Part shown: piece after piece, positions 1-18,900 of the stretch | Layout: the number at the start of each line of letters is the position of its first letter | Numbering within the stretch: position 1 is the first letter of the stretch | Assembly: GCF_964204865.1 (NCBI RefSeq) | Contig: NC_135256.1 | Coordinates: 15,314,001 to 15,378,000, forward strand | Source of the DNA: Styela clava | Lineage: Eukaryota | Reading direction: 5' to 3' | Length of the DNA stretch: 64,000 nt | Notes under the pieces: model-generated | The model's input: the letters and a program-made list of their open reading frames with translations, nothing else | What the model was told of the DNA's origin: nothing | Database searches by the model: none | Translations under genes and position numbers: made by a program

Positions 1-3000
1 ATGTCTTATCACTTTTCATTGAGATAGGAAAGAATGAAACATTAACTTGCAGTGAGTACAATTGCTTTGTATGTTTTTATACAAACTGCTATAACCGGTG
101 GTAAAGTAGAGGAAACTATCGGTTATAAGAGCCCTCTTTCACATCAAAACACCCCTTGCAGGATTCACACTTGCGATGTTAATCTGAGGAAGTAAGATGC
201 TATTTGTGTTTTTAACACTCGGCAACAGCCATGATGAGATTATAAATCATTTTCGAGCATATTTCCATAAATTTTGTCCGATTTCAATTCAGCATACAAA
301 AATTTGTTTTGTAAAGTTAGTGTATTTAAAATTCATTTGTCTAGAAATATTCCATGCATTAAAAAGTTTGAGTATTTGTACTTTGGTTATTTGGATGTTA
401 AAATCTGTGAATGAAGACAAATTACACCAAGATGATTTTGAAAAGATTTCCAATGCTTTGACAACACCACCCTTTGACTGTATAATTGAAGATTCTGTTT
501 GTAAATGGTCATCGGTAAGTTGCACATATCTTTATAATTGATTATGGCTGCTTAGATTACTAGTATTTTGAAACATAGGATCAAATCGCAGCAGTACTTT
601 TATAGATCATTGTTTTTGCAGGATGTGTTTTCTGCATATAAGAATCCATCTTTCTATATTCAGGGATTTGGAAGATTTGTAATTTGCGGATGTCTCAAAA
701 GTGTCGTCTCCCACTTAAATCACACTCCCGCATAAATCACACTTCATATGAATACTCGAACCTTCTGCTAAAATATTATTTTTATATTAAACTAGAACAT
801 AGTGAATCCCAGTTCAAGCATTTGTCTCACAACATATAACTTAACTCAGAGGACAAGTGTTGGAAACAACATTCTTGAGACACCAGTAATTTTCATGGTA
901 AAATGGTTGGATTGACTTAGAGAGGCTTGATGTCGTCGAGACAACTAGCCTACTAGTTTTTGTATCCAGCTGAGTTGGCTATATAGAAATGTAGGTGTTT
1001 GCAATAAGCAAGCAAAAGTCTGATTGATGACAAAATTTATTGAACATGTGAAAATTACACTATCCCTTAATTTTATTGATTTTACTTTCAGAGGGAAACT
1101 CTACATGTGTTGTTTCATCAAATCAATGCTTCTGATTTGGAGAAAATTGAAGAACATCCAGATGATTTGACTCAACACAAAGCATATGTTGCTGGATTTA
1201 CTGAGTATAACTCTGGAAATTATGAAAACGCTCTGCAACTTATGCAAACTTTTACAAAAAATACTGAAAGATATAGCTCAGATCTTTTGCAACTTAATCT
1301 TGCCAATGTATTCAACTTAATCGGATGTTGTTATGCAAATCTGGGATTGGACCATACTGCAATTTTGTATTTCAGGAAAGCCATACAATGTGAGGACAAT
1401 CATTTTGCTTGCCACCTAAACAACATTAAAATATTGTATTGTAAATTAGGAAATTTGGATGCTGCTTCTCAATTAATGGATATGCTTGTATCATCATTCA
1501 GTATAGAAAGGCCAGAAAGGACCACAAATCATATTTTATTACTACACTCTAAAACATATGTAGAAATCGCTGTATTGTCTAATATATCACACTGGGGTTG
1601 CCAGAGAACTACAAATGATTCAATTTCAGCGATATATGTTGCTGCAAAGACTAGCCTTCGTGCTGAGCATTATCAGAAATCTGCTATGTACTATGATAAG
1701 ATCTTAAGTGAGCAAAATAACACTTTGTCGCTGGAAAACCAAAAAATAAAAACCCTGTCGTTACCATCGGAAGAACAAATTCTAGCTGAGAGAGAATTAG
1801 CTCGCAGTGGAGACAATAGTGAGGTCAATGAGGAGGACAAAAATGAATTTGCAAAAATGAAAATGCATTTTACGCAGCTTTTAAACAAACTCGACAACTT
1901 GTACTCTAACCTATATACAAATTGTGAAAACGAATTATTGAAGGAATTTATTAACACAGCACGAACCCTTTATTATTGCCTCTGTTATACTTTATGCTAT
2001 TCAAAACGATTTGTAAATAATGCAGAGGAGGAAAATATAATTCGTTCTCATCTTACCGAGTTGGAAAGATTTGAAATTACAAACTACTATCCTCTACATT
2101 TGGATGAATCAAACCTGGATAAAAATCTTCTTCAAGATGCGAAAATTATTTTAGGATATTTAAATGATGTTCGAGCAAAACTTCTGTTGAATAAAGTGAT
2201 TATGTTAGTCTGTATTGACAAGGTAAGTTGGATTGAGTTAATACTGTGTCCTAATTGTCAAAATCCAATATTTTTCTTTTTTTCCTATGCATTATACAAA
2301 ATTCAAGATAAGCAGTTATTTCTGCTTTATTTTTGAATCGTATGTTGGAGATTAGCTTTGTGAATATTTGATCAGGTTCATTATCAACATACCCATTATA
2401 TCCATCAGAACATCATTGGTGCAAGCTTTGTTATTGATGAGGTTTCATTTCTAAGGCCGGGCTAATGACCTTTCCTTGTGCAATTCTATATAAAAAGCTA
2501 TAGAATGACTGATTACCGACACAGTGACGGTCCCATCTCTATTTGCAATAATACAAACTTCAATTTATTATTCAGAATTATATTTATTTAGAATGCAGAA
2601 ACGTTTCAAGTGCTACAAAATGTTCTAAAATTGGCACCGCAAGATATAGAAATAAGATGGAAGCTCACTTTAATGCTGTGGAAACTTGGATACAAAAATG
2701 AAGCTTGTAAAACGTGGATGAAAACAAGAGCACTTGATTACAGAATGACTGCAAAACAGGTAAGATAATAACTAAAAACCTGGATTATAATAAAATATTG
2801 TCAAAAATTGCTGATTCTGAATGCTGTAAGTAATATGGATGTGGTTCAGTGGTTGATTGCAGGCTACCAACCCTTTTTATAAAATTTAATTTTGCGATCA
2901 ATCAGGGATGGCAATAATAAACTATTATGAATATATTCGGAGATTGACTTTCAAAAATCAAAAAATTCAAATAAAACTATATATTTAGTTTTTTTATTTT

Positions 3001-3274
3001 ATTTGTGACCACATATATTTACTTATCAATTTTAAATATTTATCAACATTCAATTGCTTAATACTAATATGTTGCAAAAAGATTGATTCTGAGTTGAAAT
3101 CGCATGGAATAAATAAACAACAATAATTTATAAATTTTCTAGATTATGCAAACTGTATCTGAAAGATCATCAAAGGAAACAGGAGAACGAGAAAAAAAGC
3201 TTTATCAGAGAGATGTAGCAATTCTAAAGGAACTATACACAAGTAAACAGTTGGTTCAAAAGGGGGAAACTTGA
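1..3274 (+). CDS. TPR-repeat protein, FANCG-like; 5' end outside the window
   Basis: GT-AG exons ~229-514, 1092-2222, 2592-2759 and 3143-3274 (TGA) join in frame; upstream exons are unresolved. The segment NVFNLIGCCYANLGLDHTAILYFRKAIQCE...LYCKLGNLDAASQLMDMLV is TPR-like and resembles, from memory, the FANCG TPR region. The TPR call is solid; FANCG orthology is tentative. Confidence 0.55.
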
Positions 3275-3357
3275 AATACTTTGTGATTGAAGTTCCAAAT
3301 TGTAGATCACTTATTGCACAGTGCGGTTTGTAAACCTACATGAAGAGATTGAATTGC

Positions 3358-7532
<4,175 letters not shown>

Positions 7533-9918
7533 ATCTTGCCAAGAAGAAAGACCAACGTAAAAACAGAACTCTCTCTGCCCGTGCCCTGCTGTCGCTTGCT
7601 GCTTGCTCGGCAAGCCTCCAGGAATATAATATAGTGAAGCAGTCTTATGTGAACTGCGTCACCCAATCTACACCAGCTAATTTTACTACAACTACGTTGT
7701 TTTTGTCTACGCTTTTAACTGAGATAAAATTTTATTTTTACATTTTAATATATACTAAATAAGGATATTACAACTTTATTTTTTTTTGTACATTTTTAAT
7801 TCAACTAAAAAAAATAATTATTCGTGTCTTTTTGATTCACATGATGACGCTCGTGGGTAAGATATTTTCTTTCGTCAACAAAGTCGAAATCGTCTCGATC
7901 CCGAGTTTCTGATACGTACGATCATTCGCTTTATTTTTCGTTGCGGCGTTATCTCTCTTTTGAATTGTATCGTGTCGGCTGTTCTCTGGGTGCGAGTTTT
8001 CTAATCTGCCAATGTAACGATTATTCTATTGCCGCGATAGTGTTGCAACTCTTGAGAAAAAATGGGTAACTAAATCATGGGTTGGTCATTCTTTTTCAGC
8101 TCTGTAACACAGATAGCCCCGTTATTCCGGTAACGGTGCCGATAGGCTATATGACGTGCATGTTTCAATATTTACTGATTTAGGATACAACTTTCTAACT
8201 ACAGGGCATTGAAAATATGGACACAACTCAACAATATGACACGTAGGCTATACTTTTGTATTTAGACTCACCGTTCATGTTTGTTGGTTCTGTAGTTCAG
8301 TAATTTCCCATGGTTTATTAATTCAGTAATTACAGAATTGAAAAGAGGGAATTGCTAGTTTCAGAGTTTAGTACAGTAAATATTTGTTTGATTCAAACTT
8401 GTTTATTAGCAGGCTGATGTATTTTTGCCATTGTTATTTATAACACTTGAAAACAAAGACAAATTAATGTGTTTGAGTTAGTAGCCTACAGTTGCCAAAT
8501 AAAGTTTAAGGTCGATTTCAGCATCTTGAATAAAACTGATTATACAGTTATATAAGTATAGGTACCAGTTATTGCTTTTTTTAATTCAGTAATCTGAGAG
8601 TATTTTTTTCATTTAATATAACTTTATTGTATTTACTGATTTAGTTGTTACTGTAAATATTTCACTTTGAGATCCCATTGTTAAATAAATAGGCCAAATA
8701 AAAAATTTGTCGACCAAGTTCGAAATCTGTTTTAAGGTACTTCAGCAGTGAATTACTTAGATCAGTGTTTGGTGTTTTGTCCATACATGAAGCGCACCAG
8801 GCTATAAATGCCTAACATTCATATAACTTACATGTATGTTGATTAAAATACAAAATATTGTAGGTATTATAGGCTATAGAAATCAATGATTTAGTAAATT
8901 TGTTTGGTTGAAGATCTCTAGTTACAGATTTACATGTTCTGGATTGAACAGTCACTTATCAAGATTTGTACTCACATGGTTGGAAAAGAACTTTTTCTTT
9001 CAATGTGATGTATTTATTTATTGAACTAATTACTCACCTTGTTTTTAATACTTATTTGCATTCAGTCAATCTGGCAACATTGTGTTCAATCAATGATAGC
9101 AATACATACTTTCGAGAGATAAATAAATTGATACCATATGATTAATAATTCAATGTTAATTTTGTTCAACTCCTAATGCACATAGTATACCATTTTTCGG
9201 TTTTATACTTTGAATAATTTTACTAGTACTTTGCAATTATTTTTTGATTTTATGCTTGAATCAATTTTGCTATTAATGTTCAATTATCAGTATATTCATC
9301 TACTTATTAGTTCTACTTGCCAGTAGTTATTATCTTAAAAAAGTTATTCAGTGAGAATATTTAAAAGTAGGAAACCAGATTAGTTTATAATAATATAGTC
9401 TTACTCTTGGCATGAACACAACATTAGGAATGACTGGAGAAAGATCAAAGGACTCACAGGAAGTGATATTGTACTGTTTGATATGATATTGCTGAAATTT
9501 ACCTTGAAGTAGTATTTTTAATTTGTTTAAATTTTTTCAAAGTGGAATTTTCAAAACATTAGCAAATGTTACTCATTTATGGCTTATACATACTATTTAG
9601 TTTTAGCGTAGTATAGCATAGTGTGTAGGCTAATTATGTTACAATGTTTCATACAAACACTAGTCATTTACTTCAAATGGCCAGAAATAGATAATATATG
9701 ATGCAATTAAGATTATGTCTCACTATTATAATATTGTATGTTCACAAGCATTTTATATTGATTTTGACTTTATATTATCTCACTAAACATTGCAAATCAT
9801 CATTTTATGTACATTTTGACAGGCTCTGCAAAATGAGTAGGTGTCAATATCTTAGTATACATTTTCATCTGATTAATTTTGAATCCTAATAAACGCATTT
9901 TTACTAAAATTTGACAAC

Positions 9919-12900
9919 ATGTTGATTGACTGGATATCTTCAGCATTCAATTCTCCTGAAGAGAATATCAGCATTGAGGAAAAAGAAGAAGAATTTAACA
10001 ATGTGGTATGAGTTTCGCTGTAACTAATTTATTAAGTGATTGATAGTGAAAATCAATAAATCAATTTATTGTATTTCTTTGAACTACTTCTTTTATTGCC
10101 TTCAATTTGAGTATGATAATAAATAACCATACATCTCACACGCACATGGCGAAGATTATTTTGGTTTCAGGGTTTTGTATTTATTTACATTCACATCTCT
10201 ATGATTTGGATTATTGATAACTTATTAATAATAAGCCTCTCAGGCTCTTGGGTACTTTATCATTTCTTTGTATTTATTTATTAATAGTTAATACCAATAG
10301 TTCATCATATATATCCAAATGAAATGTTTAGCAAAAATGCATGTGAAGTGTATGGAAATCAAGAAAACATTAAATATCTGTTATAATTGCAATTTTTTCC
10401 GAAATTTTTTCACACTTGCTCACAATGCTCTTGAGGAGTGAAACCACTGAAATTTATTTGAAGGCTCAAAAAGTGAAATCAAAGGACACACATTAAAAAA
10501 TACTTCAATGTTTTTTTTATGACTGTTTTAGTCATAATGAGGTTTATCATAACTTTTTTCAAATCTCTCACAGGATAAGCAATATGCTGTACTTATAAAT
10601 TACGATTTTGTTATTTCAGGTTCGAGAAAACATAATTGGACTTCTAACATTCATCGTATTATACATAGCAGCATATTGCATCATTGTTTTTCTTCACCGG
10701 AAAAAAGAGAGAGATGAATGGTATGGTGGAGAGGATGAGGCAAAGGTTTATAGGTATTATGAAAAGTTTTGTTGGAAAACTCATTTGTCATCAATGAAAA
10801 CTTGTCACTCTCAGATTTTTCTATTTTATTAATTATAAATAATATTATATTAGTCATATTTTCTGTTTTCACACAGACTTGATATCAAAAGGCATAATAT
10901 AAATTTAGAAAAATTAGAATTATTTCAAATTTGTAATTTTAGACCAAGCTGATTGTTGAATAATCATATTTTCCATTTGGGCTTTTAAATAAGGCCTGTA
11001 ATTGTTTGTTTCCAAAGCATGAGATGTAACTTGTTATGGTTCATGGAATTTTACTGAACTTTGATCCTTTGTGGAATGGACTTTAAACTATGCTTTCTAT
11101 GTTGTAATTTAGAGTAAGCAAATAATGTTCAATCAGATTGTTTAATCGCACATAAACCAGAGAGATGGATTGTGATTTAATAGCATGTCCCACACTTGAG
11201 CAGCAAATAAAGGATTTCTAACATGTATATAACCAACTATAGTTCTCATTCCATTTCATGCATGATTATTAACATTAGTATGTATGTCAAGTGGTTTGCT
11301 TATTGTTTCTATAGTGTATTAAGTCCATGTTGTATTGGATAATGAAATAGGTTAATTTATTTGCACTGATTAGTTGATGGATCTTGAATTTTTATATCAA
11401 AATTTCACATTTTGTAAATACAAATATCATCACAATTATGATCTGTAGTCACAGTAGATGCTCATATTGCAATCTGTTATTCCAGAAATTTCTTTTTCAT
11501 ATGGTTTTCATTCTAAATATCCTAAATCAACTACTTTGCATAAAAGTCCTAGTAATTGTAAAATTTTACTTTAAAAAGTTTATCAATATAATTGTAAAAA
11601 TATTAATTTATCCTGAATTAAAATCTCCTTAGCGGTACTCTGATCTTCAAAAAAATTTCTCTTATTATTTCTTTATAATTACCGTAAGTTTTTAAATTTA
11701 TAGTCATGGATTTGTGAACATTACACTACAGTTTCATTTTTACTGTGTTAGTACTGAAATCTAAACCTATAAAACTATTTTTACTTATTTATAGGATCTC
11801 TTTGTATCTTTGTGCCGCCACATTAGCAGTTTCGATATCAGCAATATTGATGTTGCCTATGTCTATGATAGGAAATGAAATTGTTCATCTCTTTCCTGGA
11901 AGCTACTGGGTACAATGGTTGAATGGAGCATTGATTCACAGTAAGTTACTCATCAGTTATAAACAAAATTGTCATTCAGAAATTACAAATCACTGGTATT
12001 ATCATATACTTACATTGTTTGAATTTTATTTTCAATTGGAAAATTTTACACCCAAAAGCAACAATAGGTGCAAAGTTTGGTGGTGGTTTTTGGTGGAGCT
12101 CTCTACAAGTTCTTGGTAATACTCGACGGCTATGGCTCTGTCTATTCAACTAAATCTGTGCCCAGTTGACAAATTAGAGAAAAAAAATTGTAAAAGATTT
12201 ATCATTCGATTTCTCAATTAATTAGACACAGAAACATGATGACATTGAAAAAGCGAAAAAATCTTAATATCTTTTATGGATGTAAATATAATATTTGATC
12301 CAAAAAAGCGATTCAAATCATTCGAAATAAAAAAATTAAATTTAAATTGGAATTTCAGGTTATCGTAGGATTTTAGCACCGTTATTTTTATGATCCAGAT
12401 GTCTGGGATATATTTAATATTACTTTTCAATTATAGCAAACCTTGAATTTGCATAAGTAATTAATCATAGAGATATAAATGGTATCATCTAATGATCTAA
12501 TAATGCATTCGAATATGCAGCTGAGATAATTATAGTTTCCGCCCACTTTAATAGTCTTACTTAGCCAGTGATTGATGCCCTTGAGCTATGCTTGCTTAAG
12601 CTAGATGCCAATGGGTCAAATTGTTATTCAGCATCATGCAACCTAACAATTATTCTCTGTTGACTGATAGTTGGTAGTCGTTACCACAAGTTCACAACCT
12701 TGAAGTAATTTTTTTCAGTGACGTCAATTTGAATAATTGCTTTATGATACAATATGCCGTATTCCTTCCAACTTTTATAAGACTTAATTTTTATGACTGC
12801 GAACTTGGGACATAAATGTATTTGAAAAAAATGTTGAAATTAGAATACAAGTAGAAGTTATTGTAACTGTTCCATGTCAAATTTTACTAAATTTGAAATA

Positions 12901-15900
12901 AAATAAGATATTTTGTTTTGAGCTTTGCCAAGTTGCCAGAACTTCAAATATGCATGTAGAAGTATTATATTATATGGACAATCTCACACTTATTTCACAA
13001 GTTTTAAACATAACACAAAGTATTGATGAATTTGGAATGTATTTAGAAATAAAATTGAATATAGAAATATTCACAACTTCAGAAGCCTTTTTATATAGGA
13101 TATCTGGTTCAAAACATGTTTGAATTCAAATGTAACTTCATTTCTCTTTAACTTTTTTAATCCAAATTCCTACTCAATTGTACATTAGTAAACGTGGTTC
13201 TAGGCTTCTAGCATCATTTCTTTTCTAATTTTCAGGATGTGGGAAAGTTCGTGTTTCCTGTTGTTTTGTATTGATTTTTTTGATCCGTATCAGTCTTATC
13301 CTAACCTAGATTTTGCTATTGACATTCAATATTGATTTTACATGAAACGTTGCTATAAGTCATACACCACTGAACACAAGTTATTTAAAAAATTAGAACT
13401 GATTGATTGTGTGTTGTGTTGCTAACTATTTAACCTTTTTCTATACTTTTACAATGGATCTGTATATCTGAGGAAGTCTGACTCTGGTCTGACGAAATGT
13501 TAGAAAAACACAGTAATCTTGAAACGCATTGTAACTATTCTTTCTTATTCTTTAGGTTTGTGGGATTGGACTTATGCTTTGAGTAATTTGTCTGTCTTCG
13601 TTCTTCTACCTTTCTCATATTTCTTCACTGAATCAGAGGGATTCACAGGGCAGCGGAAAGGTTTACTGCCAAGGGTTTATGAAACTGTTACAGTACTGTT
13701 ATTACTTGCAGTACTGGTTTTTGGACTCGCTGTTCTCGCACTCGCATTCTTTGACAAAGACAATTCTGGATTGGTAGGTTTTCTTCTATATCAAATCATA
13801 CCTTGCTGTATTAATAATAATTTTTTTACTGACTTTATCGCTGATTAGGTTTCGAAAGCTCGTTCCATAATCCTTAAATTAGGTATGTGGATGGAATATA
13901 AATTTTTTTGCTATTTAAATACTATATTCTATCAAAAAGTTGACTTAGACCTAAATCTATACCCAAGTGAATGATACCAAAGTGAATGGTGGTGTCAAAA
14001 ACGTTATTGTGCTACACCAGTTTATTCTATTGTTACAGTTTTAGTATCCAATAGTATAATATGATTCTGAGAATTTGTTTATTTTTGGGCATTGACTTGG
14101 TTTATCCACACTGGTTTAAAGTAAAGCGTATTCGGGGTGTTTCAATGCCTTCAATTTTAATTTGTCCTACTTATGACTCCTGTTATCCACTAAACTCAAT
14201 TGCTCACTAGTATCCCAAGTTCAATCACGAAACTTGTTAAATGTGTGTTAATTAACAAGTATTAGTGTGTATTAGTGCACAAGAAGCCCGCTACGTAAGT
14301 AGCTGCTTCAGTTTGGAAGGACCGCAATCTACTCAATTCATTATACCCTGGGTGATGTGGGGCATGGGATTGAACCGAGATTTCAACCTGTAATGCCATC
14401 GAAGTCAAGTTTAACACTTTATTAACAACTAAGCCATTGCACTCACTACTTCAGTTGACCTTTTTTATTTTTATCATCATCATTTTCGAACAATTGGTAA
14501 TGACTAATGAGGTCTGTAGATGTTTTTTATTAAAATTATTGATTGGCTTCCTGTTCTAATTCTAGTTTCATTAAACTATTGTTTATTTTTCATTTCCAGC
14601 AACTCCTCACAATTGTCGGAGAATATTATTTGCAATATCTTTTTTCTTTTCTACTCTGCGCATTTGTTATTATTATGCTGACGTGCTCGCCATTCGGTTT
14701 TATTCTATTGTTTGACATGGTCGGAAAATTATTAGTCAAACCAAAAATACTCGAAAATAATGAAGAACAAATTAATGCTGCAAAATATGAAGAGGTGAGA
14801 GAATATTGATTGGCTTGATTGACTGTTTTATGTTGCTCATTAGCACTAAGTAACAAATATTCTGTATAAATGAACTGATTAGGAATAAATGTCACCCTAC
14901 TTTTGGCAGCTACGGGAATACCAGTAAGTGGGCATATCTCAAAGAAACTGTATAATGAAAATTTTTTTCTCATCTCGTAACTTCGTTAGCCTTCACTTTT
15001 TTGAGAATGATTTTATTCAAGGGCCGTTTCATGACATTTTCTTCACTAACAAAGCTCTTAGTAAGCAGTAGCTGATTGGAATTCTTTTCCATCCAGTTGA
15101 GTATTATATTTACGAGTATCTGTTGTTTGGAAATAAAACGCTTACATATCAACATAAAATAAATAAACCATTTTGATATTTTTATTGTGTGTTATTCTGT
15201 ATATTTGAATTGATGTTTTTTTTTATATATATATATTATTCAAATCTTTATAGCTTGGTTTATCATGTCTTAATAAATTATTACTTTTTAGTAAAACAAT
15301 CACACTTGTCCTCTATGTTTGGGACAGGCACATGGACATGATACATCTTTGATTGATTGATTCATCCATTACACAACAAATAGGCTATGTTTTCATTTGC
15401 TTGATTGAAAAAATAGCATTGTGTCTGATGATATTGATTACTGTAGACTTACTGTACAACATGAGCTTTTATTTTTTTCATCTTTTGAACAGGATACATT
15501 AAAGAGAAAACTGCGCAGTCATGCATCAACATTAAGATGTAGACAAGATAGAGAATCTTTGAAACGACAAATGGAAGAAGTCAGAACAACAAGGATGGAA
15601 TTAGAAAGAAGACAGAAAGCTTCTGCTTGGGAGAGAAATTTGGGATATCCCCTAACTATGCTGCTACTCATTATTCTCACTGGCCTTGCATTATTCTTGG
15701 TTAGTGAACTTATGGCAAAATGTTCAAAATTTTCTATAGGGAAAACCAGTGCTTCGTGAAAGCTAAAAATGTCTCGTGTAGCTCTTGCAATGTTAAATAT
15801 GTTACTTCTGATCGGGATTTTATTCTTTTGCATGTGATTGGCCAAAGTGAAACTGTAGTTGTGGAAAGCCCCCTCTGATGCTCCATGTGTATATTTATAC

Positions 15901-18900
15901 TTGAAGTTAATGTTGGTTGGTCTTATTAAATACCTCCAGAGTAGAAAGACAGGGTAACAAAAGAAAACACAACCTAGGTCATTTGGAACATATTCTTGAA
16001 AAAAGACAACTTTTGTGCAAACTGTCTTAGATTACTGAAACTGAATCATACACTAACAACTGTTAAATAAATTTATTCCATTTTCGTTGAAGTAATTGAG
16101 AAATTTATGGGTTTTGTTCTCTGGATTCACTCTGCAGTAGCCATGAACCATATTATGGAGATATAGAGTAAACACTTTTCTAAATTATCTGCTATTAACA
16201 ATCTACTAAAACTATATTAATGAATACTTTTTTCTAATTATTACAGGTTGTTATTCATATTCTTGAGCTTGTATTTATTGGAGATAATGAATTACAACCA
16301 AAGAATGAGAAGGTGCGTGTTGTTTGTTCAAAAATTGTTATGCCTAATACTTGCATATCCTGTATTAGTTTTATGTCTTGTTAGGTTAGAATTTACATTT
16401 GTATATATTTGTAGAACAAGCACTCAGATATAGGTCTACAGGACTTAATTAAAGTCAGTCATGATACCTATCTTCAAATGAATATTCAAATATTCTTATT
16501 TTCTCACTTATATACCCTGATTATGGTCTAGGATTCTCCTTAGACAACTGTGCTTTGTTAACATGGTTTGTCAACAGCTGATACTTAATCCACATTTCTG
16601 TGTTCAGGGAGCTTTTCATAAAGACTACAGAAGTTATTCTGCTGATAATCAAAGATTTCATCAACAAGAAAAAAGTAAACCATGGGGTTTGTTTTCAAGC
16701 ATTCTGAAAGACGAGCAAAATGTAGGTTATGGCAACTTTAGGTTAAATTATATGCAACTAAACTAATTTGTTTAAAGAAGCCATTTTGGTAGTAATGTTT
16801 TTGTGCAAAAAGTGGTAATTCATGAGAAAAAATTTTGCCATCACGATCAATCACTAAGAAGAAAAGGAATCCTAGCGATGATGCCAAATAATGCAATTTT
16901 ATTTTTATCGTGCCTGGGCAATATTAGAAATTTTCTGCTCCTGATATTCATTAGTCAATGAATTAGTATTTTGTTCATTCATATCATGTATGTATGATCA
17001 TCTTCCGCTTTGTTGGTAACTACAGCTGTGGTTAAAAATTTTCAAATTACATATGCTTATGAATATCGAGTTGCCACATTAATTAGACACGTATCATAGT
17101 TTTCACTGGAATCTATTAGGACAGCGGTTCCCGAAAGGCAAGTTGCTAAGTGCACCGCGAAAATTAACAGAATTGAGTTGAACATGCCTAAAATATGATT
17201 GAGTATTTTACATATTGTATCATATGTTTTATAAAAGTTTTATTGTTTCCCTTTCAAAATGCTGTGTATATGAATCGATCAATTCATTCCACCTCTCTAT
17301 GTTGTTTACCTTCTGTTACGTAGTGTTTGCCTCTACTGTTACGTTACAATAGGATAGACACTATGTGGTGCAATTTCGCATGCTGCAGTTTATTTGTCTG
17401 CTGAAATTAGTTTAGCGAACATGAGTGATTTTTTTTAGCATTTCAAGTTGACCTTTTGCCTTTATTCCTAGCCGACATGTTTACAAACTTTAAAATGCAT
17501 AAAGTACACATTAACGATCACAGAATTGAGTTTTATTTAAAAGCAGCATTTTTTTTGTATAAGTGTGTCGTGAGTTTTTTTCCTGATAATTTGGCGCCAC
17601 ATGAACAAAAAGTTTGGGAACTGCTGTTTTAGGACATAAATAAACTGATATATATAAAGTCTATCACCTATCAGTCAGTAGTAGTACATGTCCATTATCA
17701 CTATTTTCAATCCTTTTGAGTTCAGTTCTGCATAATAGTTGTTTCAGATGTATATTTACTTTTTCCAGGCATTCAGAACTATTAGTAATACGAGTCCCAA
17801 AGCCTCAAGCCACCGGTACATCTCTCTTACAAATCCCACAAAATTAATAAAAATTTGCTTATTTTTTTCAGAATCATATGGCAACGCTTGGTGCGACTTC
17901 TTTATCTGCTTTCGGTATTGTTGGTACAATGCTTGAAGTTGCTGTTATATTTTATCTGATGTTGGCATCTGTGGTAGGATTATATAATCTGCCTGGATTC
18001 AAAAAAATGAGACCACAACGTCAAGACACATCCATGACAGGAATAATATTTAACTGCCTTACTATTCAACTTCTTGGTTCTTCACTGCCAGTACTTTGTA
18101 GGATTCTAGGTAAGTACTAATGCGTTCATTTTTATACCATATTAGGAAAATACTGAATTGTTCACAGTTAGGGCATGCGCAACTGGTAAGAAATAAATGA
18201 TCTATGTTAGCTTCAAATTTGAAAACTTTCAGATAGATTCTGATTTTTATAGATTTGTGTGTGGACAGCATAGCTTATTGGTTTTGCAAGTAATTCAGTA
18301 GAATAACAAAATAATTTGTTATAAATTTTTTTGGTATATTGATTCATAGTGTGTAAAACTTGGAAAACATGAAAATTCTGTAATTTTTTCTTCAAATAAG
18401 ATTCTCATCCAGTATTATATAAGTGTAAATGTGTCTGAAAGGAATTTCTTTAAAATAGGCCACACCCTTTTTATACGTACTAGTCCAAAAATAGACTTCA
18501 GAACTATGTGTTCAATCAATTATTCTTTGATACATTCGTTTAGGTATCACTGAATTCGTTCTTCAAGGAAGTTATGGACAATTTTCATGGCTCGGAAACT
18601 TCTATGTAGTTTTCTTTTGCAATCTTGCTTTCGCTGGCTTCACAGCTTTTTGTCTCACAAAGAAAGTAACAACGAAGATGAGAAACGAACTTTATAAAGC
18701 GTTAGGTAAGAAAAGATTATTTTTTGATTATTTTTTAAATATTGTAATAAAGTGACATAACAAAAAAATTCATGATGTGACGAGCATGATCTGAATCCTT
18801 TATTAATATAATATGTTGAAAACGTTGTTAGCTTTTGTGGCTAGATAAGATATTCAAATATACTTAAAATGGCTTCCACGTGGGCAATAAATGAGATGCT

